63,100 nucleotides of DNA from an uncultured Thermococci archaeon (GCA_964487115.1 CAZAPD010000071.1:1-63100); one strand, 5' to 3'. Positions 52,507-63,055 are shown, counted from the first letter of the stretch. Numbers and translations: made by a program. Notes: a model not told the origin generated them from the sequence alone.

Positions 52507-54006
52507 ATGTACAGACAGGCAAAATGGGATGAGCCTCTCATATTCGAACTTTCAAAGCCTGGGAGAGTCGGTTACACAATGCCGGGGCCTATTGAGGATA
52601 TTGATGTTGAAATCCCTACGGAACTTGCAAGGAAGGAGCTCAACCTTCCAGAACTGAGTGAGCCAGAGGTTGTGAAACACTACACTCATCTAAGTGAAAT
52701 GAATTATGGCGTTGATTCAGGCATATATCCCCTCGGCTCATGCACGATGAAGTATAACCCGAAGATAAATGAAGAGATAGCCGGACATCCAAAGATTGCA
52801 TTTCTCCATCCGTATCAAGATGAAAAAACAGTTCAAGGAGCTCTCCAGATAATGTGGGAGCTGGAACAGTGGCTTAAGGAGATCACTGGCATGGATCGCT
52901 TTACACTGCAGCCAGCGGCGGGGGCAAATGGAGAATTCACTGGAGTCATGATAATCAGGGCATACCACCTTGACAGAGGAGACACCAAGAGAACAGAGAT
53001 ACTCGTGCCTGATTCGGCACATGGAACTAACCCTGCATCTGCAGCCATGGCAGGATTTAAAGTTGTGGAGATACCATCAAACGAGCAGGGAATGGTAGAT
53101 TTGGAAGCCCTTGAGAGTGCCTTAAGTGACAAAACAGCAGGTTTAATGCTAACAAATCCAAACACCCTTGGAATTTTTGAAGAGGACATACTCAAAATAG
53201 CAGAAATGGTTCACGAAGCTGGTGGATTGCTGTACTATGATGGAGCAAACCTCAACGGAATTCTTGGGAAAGTCAGACCGGGGGACATGGGATTTGATAT
53301 TGTCCATTTGAATCTTCACAAAACTTTCAGTACTCCACACGGTGGAGGTGGACCTGGAAGCGGTCCTGTAGGTGTCAAGGAATTCCTCAAGGATTATCTT
53401 CCAGTTCCGGTTGTTGAGTTTGATGGCGAGAGATACTACCTTAACTACGACCTCCCTAAGACTATAGGAAAGGTTAAGGAGTTCTATGGCAACTTTGCGG
53501 TGATGGTGAGGGCTCTCGTCTATCTGAAAATCATGGGCAAGCAGGGGCTTAAAGAAGCTGGAGAAGTTGCGGTTCTTAATGCCAACTATCTTACACAGAA
53601 ACTTAAAGGAACAAAAGGCTATGACCTGCCTCATAAAGAGCTCAGAAAGCATGAGGTTGTATTTTCAGCTGAACCCATGAAAAAAGAAACCGGGGTAAGT
53701 GCTCTTGATGTTGCCAAGCGCCTACTTGATCATGGTCTCCATGCACCCACGATATACTTCCCGCTGATAGTTCATGAGGCTCTCATGATAGAACCTACTG
53801 AAAGTGCCACGAAGGAAGAGCTTGACTACTATGTCTTAGTTCTAAAGAAAATAAGTGAAGAAGCATATAATGAGCTTGAAAAGGTTAAAGATGCACCACA
53901 CAACACCGCAGTTAGAAGAGTGGACGATGTTCTTGCCACAAAGAGGCCGATAATCACGTGGAAGATGTATAAAGAGCTTAAAGAGAGGGGAGAAGTAGAT
54001 TTCTGA
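52507..54006 (+). CDS. gcvPB: Glycine cleavage system P protein subunit 2
   Basis: [19 protein letters not shown] and [18 protein letters not shown] motifs. Confidence 0.97.
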   Translation: MYRQAKWDEPLIFELSKPGRVGYTMPGPIEDIDVEIPTELARKELNLPELSEPEVVKHYTHLSEMNYGVDSGIYPLGSCTMKYNPKINEEIAGHPKIAFLHPYQDEKTVQGALQIMWELEQWLKEITGMDRFTLQPAAGANGEFTGVMIIRAYHLDRGDTKRTEILVPDSAHGTNPASAAMAGFKVVEIPSNEQGMVDLEALESALSDKTAGLMLTNPNTLGIFEEDILKIAEMVHEAGGLLYYDGANLNGILGKVRPGDMGFDIVHLNLHKTFSTPHGGGGPGSGPVGVKEFLKDYLPVPVVEFDGERYYLNYDLPKTIGKVKEFYGNFAVMVRALVYLKIMGKQGLKEAGEVAVLNANYLTQKLKGTKGYDLPHKELRKHEVVFSAEPMKKETGVSALDVAKRLLDHGLHAPTIYFPLIVHEALMIEPTESATKEELDYYVLVLKKISEEAYNELEKVKDAPHNTAVRRVDDVLATKRPIITWKMYKELKERGEVDF

Positions 54007-54084
54007 CCTTTGTTTTTAATTTTTGCTGCTTTTCGGCAAATATTAAAAGTGGAATGTTCGTTTCATTGAATTCTTACATTTTCT

Positions 54085-54280
54085 CTTGAGGGTCTTGCTC
54101 TTCAGGGCAGGGATACAGCAAACTGCCAACCAGTCTTTCAGCAGGAAATCAACATTTTTTAAAGCTTAAAATTCATGCCATAGCCTGAAGTTCAGTAACG
54201 GTCAAACTCCAGCCCTCAAAAAAGCAGGAGACGGCTCTCTTTGAGTTAGCCAAACCTCAGTCAAAGCAGAAGGAGGTCAG
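54085..54280 (+). mobile_element. Internally deleted IS200/IS605-family (tnpB, IS1341-like) relic
   Basis: Left-end-like hairpin TCTTGCTC-TTCA-GGGCAGGG, TnpB N-terminal peptide SVTVKLQPSKKQETALFELA (54192-54251), right-end-like GGAGGTCAG. Confidence 0.7.
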
Positions 54281-54420
54281 ATATAGTGGCTATCCTCTGA
54301 TATTGCAATGTGGAGTTTTAGAAGTTTAGGGAACATTTTCTAATTCGGACCAAAGTGGCATTATAACAGGATTTTAATGAGGAACACAAAAGCAGTTAGT
54401 TGATAAATCAATCACAGAAG

Positions 54421-54498
54421 TGGTGGGCCCGGGGGGCTTTGAACCCCCGACCACGCGGTTATGAGCCGCGCGCTCTGACCAGGCTGAGCTACGGGCCC
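54421..54498 (-). tRNA. tRNA with CAT anticodon, most likely tRNA-Ile2
   Basis: Anticodon arm CGCGG-CTCATAA-CCGCG, GGGCCC acceptor stem and A discriminator. Lacks initiator features. Confidence 0.88.
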
Positions 54499-54501
54499 AT
54501 A

Positions 54502-54577
54502 TGGCGCCGCCGCCCCGACTTGAACGGGGGACCACCGGATTAACAGTCCGGCGCTCTACCAACTAAGCTACGGCGGC
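54502..54577 (-). tRNA. tRNA-Asn(GTT)
   Basis: Anticodon arm CCGGA-CTGTTAA-TCCGG, encoded CCA. Confidence 0.96.
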
Positions 54578-54694
54578 ACGACCCAAGATAGGGAATGAAT
54601 GGTGGATTTATAAAGATTACGGTCAGGTGCATTTTAAGCCTGAAAAACTCCCATCGAAAAGTTTATATATGGACTAACGGCTTTTTAAATCGGT

Positions 54695-54771
54695 GCCCCG
54701 GTAGCCTAGCCTGGCGGGGCGGCGGACTTGTAATCCGCAGGCCGCGGGTTCAAATCCCGCCCGGGGCTCCA
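54695..54771 (+). tRNA. tRNA-Thr(TGT)
   Basis: Anticodon arm GCGGA-CTTGTAA-TCCGC, encoded CCA. Confidence 0.96.
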
Positions 54772-54777
54772 AACTGG

Positions 54778-54855
54778 GGGGCCGTGGGGTAGCTTGGTCT
54801 ATCCTGCGGGCTTTGGGAGCCCGTGACCCGAGTTCAAATCTCGGCGGCCCCACCA
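54778..54855 (+). tRNA. tRNA-Pro(TGG)
   Basis: Anticodon arm CGGGC-TTTGGGA-GCCCG, encoded CCA. Confidence 0.96.
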
Positions 54856-54988
54856 GATGTTTCTATTCACTTAAGTCCCATGTGCATTGATATTCTGGAC
54901 ATAACTAACGTTGAAGGCAAAGATTTATAAAACGTCTTTAGAATAAGGCTTCAGTCTGAAAGGTTCAATATCATTAGAGGTGATGCTC

Positions 54989-55249
54989 ATGGGAAGAACT
55001 ACAAAGGTTGGTTCAGCTGGGAGATTTGGTCCAAGGTATGGTCTCAAGATTAGGAGAAGGGTTGCAACTGTTGAAGCTAAGATGAGACAAAAGCACGTTT
55101 GTCCGGTATGTGGAAGAAAGGCTGTCAAGAGGATAAGCACCGGCATATGGCAGTGTCAGAAGTGTGGTGCCACCTTTGCTGGTGGAGCATACTTACCCGT
55201 TACTCCAGCAGGAAAGGTCGCGAAGAGGGTTACCTCTTCAAAGGCCTGA
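54989..55249 (+). CDS. rpl37ae: 50S ribosomal protein L37ae
   Basis: [17 protein letters not shown] and FAGGAY motifs. Confidence 0.97.
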   Translation: MGRTTKVGSAGRFGPRYGLKIRRRVATVEAKMRQKHVCPVCGRKAVKRISTGIWQCQKCGATFAGGAYLPVTPAGKVAKRVTSSKA

Positions 55250-55273
55250 ATCTAATTATTTTTGGTGAGGAAA

Positions 55274-55423
55274 ATGGGGAAGGGTATTTATAGGTGTGCA
55301 AAATGTGGTAGGGAAGTTGAGATCGATCTGGAGAATACCAGAGAAATTAGATGCCCATACTGTGGTAGCAAGATTCTCTACAAACCCCGTCCCAAAGTAG
55401 CAAGACGGGTTAAAGCAATCTGA
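55274..55423 (+). CDS. rpoP: RNA polymerase subunit P (Rpo12), absent from the ORF track
   Basis: Manual translation [49 protein letters not shown] (49 aa). Confidence 0.95.
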   Translation: MGKGIYRCAKCGREVEIDLENTREIRCPYCGSKILYKPRPKVARRVKAI

Positions 55424-55467
55424 TTCTCTTCAAAAAGCTTTTATCTACATTTAAGCGAGTGATATCT

Positions 55468-56103
55468 ATGATGCTGATAACTACATCCCATAGACCAACG
55501 AGAAGGACGAGAAGTTTTGGCCATGACTTAGAGAAGGTTTTTCCAAATGCCCTCTATCTAACCCGAGGGAAGAAGACTCTTCAGGATCTTCTTATGGAGG
55601 CTTATGACAGGAGCTATAAGAGACTTCTGATAATCAACGTCTGGAAGGGAAATCCCCTCAAAATGACTTTTATCAAGGTTTCTCCAACCGATTGGGGGTA
55701 TCTTGGCTATCTCTACCTCCATGGCATCAAGCTCCAGCGTGAGATTGGTTTTAGGAATATCCGGCCGATACGAGAGGAAATGCCGTTTATCGTCACGACA
55801 GCCAAAAGGGTTAGCCTTGATCATGTTGCCTTTGCTCAGGTGTTTGCCGGATTAACAGGGGGCAGGTTTATTCCCCGGGGAGATAAAAGCCTTCAGACAA
55901 TAGCGGATAAAAACAACACTGATGTTCTTGGAGTAGTTGAAAGGCATCCGCGGGGAATGGCACTCAACTTTTACCGTTTGGATGTAACCAAAGAAAAGGC
56001 CGTTGGTCCGCTCATAAGCGTTAAAATCTGGATCATGGAAGATGGCAGGAGATGGGACTATAAGGAAAGAATGGGTATCAGGAAGAGGGAAGCCCATGAG
56101 TAA
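55468..56103 (+). CDS. Brix/Imp4-domain ribosome biogenesis protein
   Basis: ITTSHRPTRRTRSF, RGKK and KGNP motifs. Synteny with rpoP and pcc1. Confidence 0.9.
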   Translation: MMLITTSHRPTRRTRSFGHDLEKVFPNALYLTRGKKTLQDLLMEAYDRSYKRLLIINVWKGNPLKMTFIKVSPTDWGYLGYLYLHGIKLQREIGFRNIRPIREEMPFIVTTAKRVSLDHVAFAQVFAGLTGGRFIPRGDKSLQTIADKNNTDVLGVVERHPRGMALNFYRLDVTKEKAVGPLISVKIWIMEDGRRWDYKERMGIRKREAHE

Positions 56104-56338
56104 TATTGAGGGATTCGTGGAAATTGAGTTTCCTGATGAAAATAGTGCGAGAATAGTCTATGAAAGCGTTCTATATGAGCATCAAACGGTTCCCTATAAA
56201 AGGAGTCAGGTGGAGTTCATCCTCAAAGGAAGGAAAATAATAATGCATTTTTCTGCCATGGATAATTCTGCCCTCAGGGGAACTCTAAACTCGTATCTCC
56301 GATGGATCAAGGCTGCTATGGATGTGATTGAAATATAA
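56096..56338 (+). CDS. pcc1: KEOPS complex subunit Pcc1
   Basis: SAMDNSALRGTLNSYLRWI motif. Confidence 0.88.
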   Translation: MSNIEGFVEIEFPDENSARIVYESVLYEHQTVPYKRSQVEFILKGRKIIMHFSAMDNSALRGTLNSYLRWIKAAMDVIEI

Positions 56339-56503
56339 AAGAATAACCACTTCAACTTCTGGGTGTGGTTTTAGTTTCTTCTGATAATTAGGCTGAAAGT
56401 TATTTTTAAAACTAAGATACATGAAATGGGAAACACTCGGATAATTTGAATAGAGCTAAAACTATTTAAATCTCTCTTCCAAGTACTTTTGGAGGTGTTG
56501 GCA

Positions 56504-56854
56504 ATGCAGAATATTCCACCGCAAGTTCAGGCTATGTTGGGACAACTTGAAAGTTATCAACAGCAGCTTCAGCTGGTTATACAGCAAAAACAAAAAGTCC
56601 AAATAGAGCTGAATGATGCCAAGAAAGCTCTGGAAGAAATAGAGAAGGTAGGCGCTGAGACCCCTGTCTATAAGACAGTGGGGACTCTCATAGTCAAAAC
56701 GAGAAAGGATGAAGCGTTGGAAGAACTTAAAGAAAAAGTTGAGACACTCGAAGTTCGGTTAAATGCTTTAGATCGACAAGAAAAGAAGCTCAATGCAAAG
56801 CTCAAAGAACTGACCCAGCAGATACAGGCTGCACTCAGGCCTACTGCTGGCTGA
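56504..56854 (+). CDS. pfdB: Prefoldin beta subunit
   Basis: MQNIPPQVQ, coiled coils, VYKTVGTLIVK hairpin. Confidence 0.95.
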   Translation: MQNIPPQVQAMLGQLESYQQQLQLVIQQKQKVQIELNDAKKALEEIEKVGAETPVYKTVGTLIVKTRKDEALEELKEKVETLEVRLNALDRQEKKLNAKLKELTQQIQAALRPTAG

Positions 56855-56881
56855 TTTCTTCTTTATCCTGGAGGCCAATAC

Positions 56882-57211
56882 ATGAAAGCAGGAGTTATGC
56901 ACATTGGACTTCCTGAACTGGGCGAGGAGGAGCTGATAAAACTTGGTGAATTAGCACAGGAGGCTATAATTACACATATTTTCGATGCTCTTAACAAGAG
57001 TGATGTCAAGGACATAGAGGTTACGACAAGAATAAATCGTGACGAAACCCTTGATCTTGAAGTTGAAGTTTATCTTGAGGTCCCCGTTTTCGTCAGGGTG
57101 AATGTTGAAAAGCTAATTGACGAGGCTCTCGAAAAGGCCTATGCGACGGTTGAGAGAAGACTGAGGGAGATTGCAGATGAAGGGAAAGATAAAACTCAAA
57201 CGCTTTCTTGA
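56882..57211 (+). CDS. DUF3194-like protein
   Basis: HIGLPEL...DVKDIEV pattern and position after pfdB. Confidence 0.7.
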   Translation: MKAGVMHIGLPELGEEELIKLGELAQEAIITHIFDALNKSDVKDIEVTTRINRDETLDLEVEVYLEVPVFVRVNVEKLIDEALEKAYATVERRLREIADEGKDKTQTLS

Positions 57212-58157
57212 AAGCTCGAAAAATAAATCCTTCCTTCTTCTCTGTCATCATAACGCTGATCCCGATTCACTCGGCTCTGCAATAGCCTTCGCTCTTTACT
57301 TAAAATCCATTGGAGTTGAGAATATAAGGATAGGTGTTGCCCAGAGTGTCTCTTCATATGCGAAGAAGCTTTTAGCCCTCTCCCCTGTTCCGCTTGAGAA
57401 AAATCCTTGTATCGAAGAGGATGTAATTATAATCTTTGATACGTCTTCTCTTGAACAACTTGAACCCATTTTAATTCCAAAAGATAAGACTATTATCCTT
57501 ATAGACCATCATTTAGAAAAAGAAAATCCAATTAAGGCTAATATAACTGTCGTTAACTCCTCAAGAACTTCAACAGCTGAGATTGTCTGGGAGCTTTTCA
57601 AATATCTCGGGTTCTATGATGAAACTGCCGCTAAAGTTCTGTTAGCTGGAATAGTTACGGATACAGCCAACTTCCGCTTTGGCAATTTCATGACCTTTAA
57701 AGCGGTTAGCGAGATTCTTGAAAAATTCGGTATTCAGATGGGAGATATATACAACCTTGTGGCTCCTGCCAGCGATGAGAAGCTTGATCAGGCAAGAAGG
57801 ATGGCCATGCTAAAGGCCTGCCAGAGGATGGAGATTAAAAAAGTTGGGAAGTATATAATAGCTATATCAAAGGTTTCCGCATATGAATCTCTGGCATGCA
57901 AGACTTTTCTCCAATTAGGAGCTGATGTTGCCATAGTCGGAAGTGAAAAGAAAGGAGTCAGAATATCTGCAAGGGCAAAGGAGAGCCTCGTCAGGAAGGG
58001 CATACATCTCGGTAAGATTATGGAAAAAGTTGGATCTATTATAGAAGGCTCAGGAGGGGGGCATGCTGGAGCTGCTGGAGCAAATGGAAAATCAAATCTT
58101 GAGGAGGGACTAAAGTTTTTGACCAAAGAACTTGAAAAATTTTTGAGGGGTGTTTAA
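57177..58157 (+). CDS. DHH/DHHA1-family phosphoesterase
   Basis: HHNADPDSLGS, IDHH, GIVTDT and GGGHAGAAG motifs. Confidence 0.92.
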   Translation: MKGKIKLKRFLESSKNKSFLLLCHHNADPDSLGSAIAFALYLKSIGVENIRIGVAQSVSSYAKKLLALSPVPLEKNPCIEEDVIIIFDTSSLEQLEPILIPKDKTIILIDHHLEKENPIKANITVVNSSRTSTAEIVWELFKYLGFYDETAAKVLLAGIVTDTANFRFGNFMTFKAVSEILEKFGIQMGDIYNLVAPASDEKLDQARRMAMLKACQRMEIKKVGKYIIAISKVSAYESLACKTFLQLGADVAIVGSEKKGVRISARAKESLVRKGIHLGKIMEKVGSIIEGSGGGHAGAAGANGKSNLEEGLKFLTKELEKFLRGV

Positions 58158-58487
58158 ATGGCAAGATGTCCATTGTGTGGAATGGCCATTAAATGGGAGG
58201 AGCTTATTGAGCAGATGTTAGAGCTGGAAAACTTCAAGGAGCTTTTAGAAAACAAGGCGTCTTTCATGAAAACCTTTGAAAGTTTTATCTTTAGATGTCC
58301 CCACTGCGGTGAGGAATTCTATGGTAAAAATCTTCCTGCAGACGAGGCCGAAAAAGTTTTTGATCTTCTCAATGATTTCGAGGGTAGTGTAGACTGGAAA
58401 AATAAAAAAGTCAGACTCAAGCTTACGAACCTTTTAGCCTTGGATCTCATGCTTGAAGAATGGGATAGGAGGTCAAGGCGTGAATGA
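58158..58487 (+). CDS. Hypothetical zinc-binding protein
   Basis: CPLCG...CPHCG pairs. Confidence 0.75.
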   Translation: MARCPLCGMAIKWEELIEQMLELENFKELLENKASFMKTFESFIFRCPHCGEEFYGKNLPADEAEKVFDLLNDFEGSVDWKNKKVRLKLTNLLALDLMLEEWDRRSRRE

Positions 58488-59517
58488 AGCATTGCATTTA
58501 GCTGAGTTGGGAGATATAAAGGGGGCTATAGAAAAAGCACGAGAGATCAGGAATCCATTGAAGCGTTTGAAAGTTTTAGCTAAAATTATTGAGACCTCCC
58601 GAAGGGAGGATGTACTTCTTCCGATGTTGGATACTTTAGATGAGATAACCTCAACACCTGAGAAAATTGTTGCTATGTCAATTTTTGGGTATTCTCTGTA
58701 TCTCTTAAATCAGGATAATGAAGCGGAAAAAGTCTTTGAATCCGCTATCAGGATGACAAATACGCTCTCATCACCTAAGATTAAAGCAGAAGTATTTGCG
58801 GCGATAGCCAGGAACTTGGCTTTGTCTGACAGATACACTGACTCCTATGAATATTTCAAACTTGCAGTTGAACAGCTTCAGTTTTCAAGAGCTCTCTACT
58901 CTGAAGTTATATCTACTTTAATAAGGATTGCCCGTTTAATAGAAAAAACTGGTGATGAAATTCCAACTGAAAAAGTTCTTGATTTTTATAAATTAGCTAA
59001 GGATTTATACAGTTTGATAAGATTTAGACTTCAGATGGAAGTCTTAGAGGAGAAGATGGAGCTTGTAAAGGATGTTCTCAAAAGGAGAAGTTTAGCTGTC
59101 ATTGAGCTAATTGAGAAGGGGGATATAGAAAGGGCGATGAAATTGACCCGCTTTCTGTCACCAAAAGAAAAAGCGATTTCGCTTCTCGAAATATCTTACT
59201 GGCTTTTTCTCCATGAATACAGGAATCTTGGGAAATCAGTTTTTGAAGATGCTCTCAATACAATACTCGTTGGAAAATTTAAACCGGATGATGCTGAATT
59301 GGAGAGTATAGCAAAACGCTTTTTGCGAATCGGGCTTTTAGAGGAGGCTATAATAATAAGCGGGATTATTAACGATAAAATTAGGGCTTCAAATTTGCTG
59401 GGTGACATCTCAATAGCCTATGCAAAAAAAGGGGATATAAACAGAGCCTTATCAATTGCTGAAGGGATTGGAAACGAGAAGATTAAGAAGAGAGTCTTAG
59501 AGGAGCTGGAACTCTAA
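58480..59517 (+). CDS. Alpha-solenoid (TPR-like) hypothetical protein, paralog 1
   Basis: Helical repeats (GDIKGA, GDIERA, GDINRA). GTG start after AGGAGG. Confidence 0.75.
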   Translation: MNEALHLAELGDIKGAIEKAREIRNPLKRLKVLAKIIETSRREDVLLPMLDTLDEITSTPEKIVAMSIFGYSLYLLNQDNEAEKVFESAIRMTNTLSSPKIKAEVFAAIARNLALSDRYTDSYEYFKLAVEQLQFSRALYSEVISTLIRIARLIEKTGDEIPTEKVLDFYKLAKDLYSLIRFRLQMEVLEEKMELVKDVLKRRSLAVIELIEKGDIERAMKLTRFLSPKEKAISLLEISYWLFLHEYRNLGKSVFEDALNTILVGKFKPDDAELESIAKRFLRIGLLEEAIIISGIINDKIRASNLLGDISIAYAKKGDINRALSIAEGIGNEKIKKRVLEELEL

Positions 59518-59573
59518 TGCGATATGCTTTTTTACTTTAAAGGTTAATCTATAATCACAATGGTGATATTGTT

Positions 59574-60653
59574 ATGATGAACTTCAATGTTATCCGAGAA
59601 CGTTTGGAGGATGGTGATATTGAAGGAGCACTGAAACTTGCTCTCAACTCTGATAATCCTCTCATAACCGTTGAGATGCTCTCATTAATACTTAAGCATG
59701 TGGAAACCGTGGAGGACTACGAGCTCATCTTGGCATATATAGAAGAGGCCTTGAGGAACATCACAAACACCCTTGAAAAAGTTAAAGCGTTAAGTATTGT
59801 TGCGGAGTCCCTATATACCACTGGGGCTGAATCGACAGGATGGCGTTATTTTGAACTTGCTATACGGACAGCTCAGAGTATAGACTTTTTTAAATGGCGA
59901 GCAGAGGCTTTTGCTAATATTGCAAGCATGATGGTGCTATCAGGATTTGTTGACGATGCATATCATTACTACAATCTTGCCTTTAAATCCCTATCAGAGT
60001 CTAAGGAACAATATTCTGTTATAGTTCCCCTTCTCTCAAACTTGGCGGATGAGATAATTGAAAGTGCGGACAGAATCCATGATGGCCGTGCATTGGATTT
60101 GTACGAACTGGCACGGGAGATATACCTCTTTATAAACAGACGTCTAACAGCCAGCACAATAGAAGAAAAAATTAACACAATTAACACTGTCCTCAAAAAT
60201 GGATGCATTGCTATCACGGAATTTTTAGAGGTTGGTGACATAGACAAAGCTATATTTGCTGTTAGATACCTTGAAGATCGTGAAAAACCGGTAGCCCTTA
60301 TGAATGTGGCATACTGGCTTTTTCTTCATGGACAGGAAAAATTGGCTCGTATTTTGCTTAAGGATGCTTATGATATTATCTTTCTTAGAAAACTTAAACC
60401 GCATGATTTAACTCTCGAAGGAATTGCATATCGTTTCATGAAACTTGGTCTCATTGATGATGCCCTCAATATTGCGGGTATAATAGAGAATGAGAGGATA
60501 AGTGATGAGATTCTCGGGAGAATCGCACTGACATATTCTAAAAAAGGAGAAACCGAAAAAGCGAAGGATATACTTAATGTCATTAAAAGCGAAAGTGTTA
60601 AGAGTAAAGTTTTAAAGGCCATACAAGGGGAGGAACATGTGGGATACGAGTAA
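59574..60653 (+). CDS. Alpha-solenoid (TPR-like) hypothetical protein, paralog 2
   Basis: Colinear with paralog 1, shares YWLFLH. Confidence 0.75.
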   Translation: MMNFNVIRERLEDGDIEGALKLALNSDNPLITVEMLSLILKHVETVEDYELILAYIEEALRNITNTLEKVKALSIVAESLYTTGAESTGWRYFELAIRTAQSIDFFKWRAEAFANIASMMVLSGFVDDAYHYYNLAFKSLSESKEQYSVIVPLLSNLADEIIESADRIHDGRALDLYELAREIYLFINRRLTASTIEEKINTINTVLKNGCIAITEFLEVGDIDKAIFAVRYLEDREKPVALMNVAYWLFLHGQEKLARILLKDAYDIIFLRKLKPHDLTLEGIAYRFMKLGLIDDALNIAGIIENERISDEILGRIALTYSKKGETEKAKDILNVIKSESVKSKVLKAIQGEEHVGYE

Positions 60654-61362
60654 AGATTACCGATTACTGGTGGCGGAGAAATCGGTGGAGCTGTTCCTGA
60701 AGACGGTGGAGCACGCGAAGTTCAAGGGGAAGTGGAACAAGAAGGGAGCGATTCAGTTGGCGAAGGAGATGATTCCGGAGATACAGGCGATGCGCTACAG
60801 CTACCTCGATCCGAAGGAGCTGATTGAGACACCGCAGATGAAGGCTCTGAAGGAGAATGCCTTAGCTATAATCGAGGCCCTTGGCGGTGATGACTGGCAC
60901 CACAAGTTCATTAGCTTGGCAGATAAAAGCGAGCGCGAGAAGGTCGAGGAGCAGGTCGCAAAGGTTCGCTTCTTCCTCAACACCATCATCGGCCTTGACA
61001 AGCGCCTCGCCCTCGGAAAGATAAACGACCCGGTCATAGCGGTGGACATAAAGGTCGGCGAGGTCATGAGCGTCGGCAAGCACCCCAACGCGGACAGGCT
61101 CCTCGTCACCAACGTGAACATCGGCGACAGAGCCATTACCGTTGTCACGAACGACCTGACCGTTAAGGAGGGCAACCGCGTGGCTGTGGCTCTGCTCCCT
61201 CCTGCCAACTTTCGCGGAATAGTCAGCGAAGGCATGTTCCTTGGCGCTGGCGAGGGCGTCCTCAAGGACGTGAAGGGAGAAATAGGCGGCCTGCCCAAGG
61301 AGGTTCCGCTGGAGGCCTTCAACGAGACGAGGAACCTCGTGGAGGCGTTTCTGAAGGGGTGA
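60637..61362 (+). CDS. tRNA-binding OB-fold protein (Trbp111/MetRS-C-like C-terminal domain)
   Basis: [17 protein letters not shown] and FRGIVSEGM motifs. Confidence 0.88.
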   Translation: MWDTSKDYRLLVAEKSVELFLKTVEHAKFKGKWNKKGAIQLAKEMIPEIQAMRYSYLDPKELIETPQMKALKENALAIIEALGGDDWHHKFISLADKSEREKVEEQVAKVRFFLNTIIGLDKRLALGKINDPVIAVDIKVGEVMSVGKHPNADRLLVTNVNIGDRAITVVTNDLTVKEGNRVAVALLPPANFRGIVSEGMFLGAGEGVLKDVKGEIGGLPKEVPLEAFNETRNLVEAFLKG

Positions 61363-61464
61363 CTTTTCACCTTTTTATCTAAATGTAACCCTTGATGCAC
61401 TTGATTACTCTTCTTTCTTCTGACCCGTTCACTTAATAAAACTCAATATGGACAGATCTACACA

Positions 61465-61650
61465 ATGTATGCAATAGATCCAAAGTATGCACAAAAATAC
61501 AAGCAACAATTTAATATCCCAGATATAGTAATCCAAAGAGCTGCAAAAAAAGGAAGCCCAATATATGTTCTAAAAAACCCCCAAGTTAAAGTTTTAAAGA
61601 TCAGCTCCTATATCGAAAAGGAGGAGACACCATATGAGAGGAAATCATAA
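61465..61650 (+). other. Possible gene fragment
   Basis: A-rich open frame that extends upstream of the ATG, with no RBS. Confidence 0.35.
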
Positions 61651-62137
61651 AGCTGTTTTTATATCTCTTTTATCTTTTCTGTTGGTGTTAGGAATATTAA
61701 CATGGGCTATGGGACAGGTTAATAAGAATCCACCTTCCGATTCTCCTACACTGGCTCCAGATACAGCTCTGAACATGCTCTATGACGCCAATCTGAGCAA
61801 CTTCTCCCTTAAGCCCCAGTTCACATACTGGGTTGATAGTCAAAACTGCAAGGAACTCCGCCCGGACTGTCGGGTACTGCGCATGGAGGCCATAGTGGAA
61901 GTAGGGAACAGGACGTATCTGGCCTTCTTTGACTTCCAGAACAAGACCTTGAATTTGGTTCCAACCAACGAGACGGAGGTGAAAGAGTACCTCAAATTCT
62001 TCAGCGAGCACGGAGGAAGGGTCTTCAGCTACAACTCAACGATAAAGGCCGTGATGAAAACATCATTCGGGGAGAACGTCACTGTGCGTGAGCTAAACGG
62101 CACGTGCGTTGTTCCGGCGATTGTTAAGGTTGGGTGA
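61634..62137 (+). CDS. Hypothetical membrane-anchored exported protein
   Basis: RBS GAGGAG, N-terminal TM, many NxS/T sequons. Confidence 0.75.
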   Translation: MRGNHKAVFISLLSFLLVLGILTWAMGQVNKNPPSDSPTLAPDTALNMLYDANLSNFSLKPQFTYWVDSQNCKELRPDCRVLRMEAIVEVGNRTYLAFFDFQNKTLNLVPTNETEVKEYLKFFSEHGGRVFSYNSTIKAVMKTSFGENVTVRELNGTCVVPAIVKVG

Positions 62138-62140
62138 GGG

Positions 62141-62521
62141 GTGTTCAAGGTGGCGTTGCTGCTCATCACACCTCTGGTGCTCTACGGGCTGCTCTTCCTC
62201 CTGCCGGCACTCTATGACGAACTGCCCCTGAAAAAGGCCAACCTCATTGCGGCGGCCTTCTACGGGTTTTTGCTCTTTCCATTGTCCTTCTACTTCACCT
62301 TTGTGAGTGCCGCCATGGCGGACACTTTCGGCATCTATGAGCACCTACCCGAAGCAATAGCTGCACTGATAGTGGCACTGATTGCCGCTACACTTTTCAC
62401 GCTCCTTGCCTCGCTCCCACTCCTGCTCATAAGGAAGAAGAGAGAAATCAAGAGGCCAATCGTTCTGCTCTTCATGGCGAGCTTCTTCTTTGACTTGGCC
62501 ATAATTATCCTCGCAGGGTAA
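62141..62521 (+). CDS. Small 4-TM membrane protein
   Basis: Hydrophobic ORF with RBS GGTGAGG. Paralogous to 62756-63055. Confidence 0.75.
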   Translation: MFKVALLLITPLVLYGLLFLLPALYDELPLKKANLIAAAFYGFLLFPLSFYFTFVSAAMADTFGIYEHLPEAIAALIVALIAATLFTLLASLPLLLIRKKREIKRPIVLLFMASFFFDLAIIILAG

Positions 62522-62755
62522 CTCAAGACCAGCTGCCGTTCATCCCTCCTCACAACCTCCAGTGCTCTCTCCACGATTACTCTTCTTTCTTTTAGCTTAT
62601 CTCCATCATAAACCAACTCTGAATAAATTTATACTTGAAAAAGAGGAAAGATATCTTACGAATAGCAAAAGAAAAAGCTTATATACCACAACATACATAA
62701 ATGTTGTAGAAACTATTGGGCAACCCATGTAACGGCAAATAGTTGGGGATAGTCC

Positions 62756-63055
62756 ATGAAAGGCTCCGACATCATTGTAATATTACTTTACGGGATTTTT
62801 CTCTTTATTTCCTCTTTATATTTTATCCTCACAGGCTCAGCCCTTGTTGACAGCCTTGGGATTGACAGGCACGTACCCCACTCACTGACCCCCGTTATTG
62901 TGGTATTTATCTCATCCCTCATATTTACGGCCCTGTCCTCGGTGCCTATGGTGTTCACAAAGAGAAAAGGCATAAGAAAAGCCGTTTTCATGCTGTTTTC
63001 AGCGAGTTTTACTTTCTATTCAATTATCGTCTGGTTCTTTCTTGGTCTCAAATAA
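62756..63055 (+). CDS. Small 3-TM membrane protein, paralog of 62141-62521
   Basis: DSLGIDRHVP vs DTFGIYEHLP, and FTALSSVP vs FTLLASLP. Own BRE/TATA near 62671-62685. Confidence 0.72.
   Translation: MKGSDIIVILLYGIFLFISSLYFILTGSALVDSLGIDRHVPHSLTPVIVVFISSLIFTALSSVPMVFTKRKGIRKAVFMLFSASFTFYSIIVWFFLGLK

Noticed and set aside
59553..59568. TGM-like AATCAC-N4-GTGATA
   Set aside because: The spacer is 4 rather than 5, and the right half is the RBS GGTGAT.
62335..62616. Minus-strand 93-aa ORF
   Set aside because: Mostly antisense to the membrane gene. Its 5' part may be a gene remnant, but I cannot assign it.
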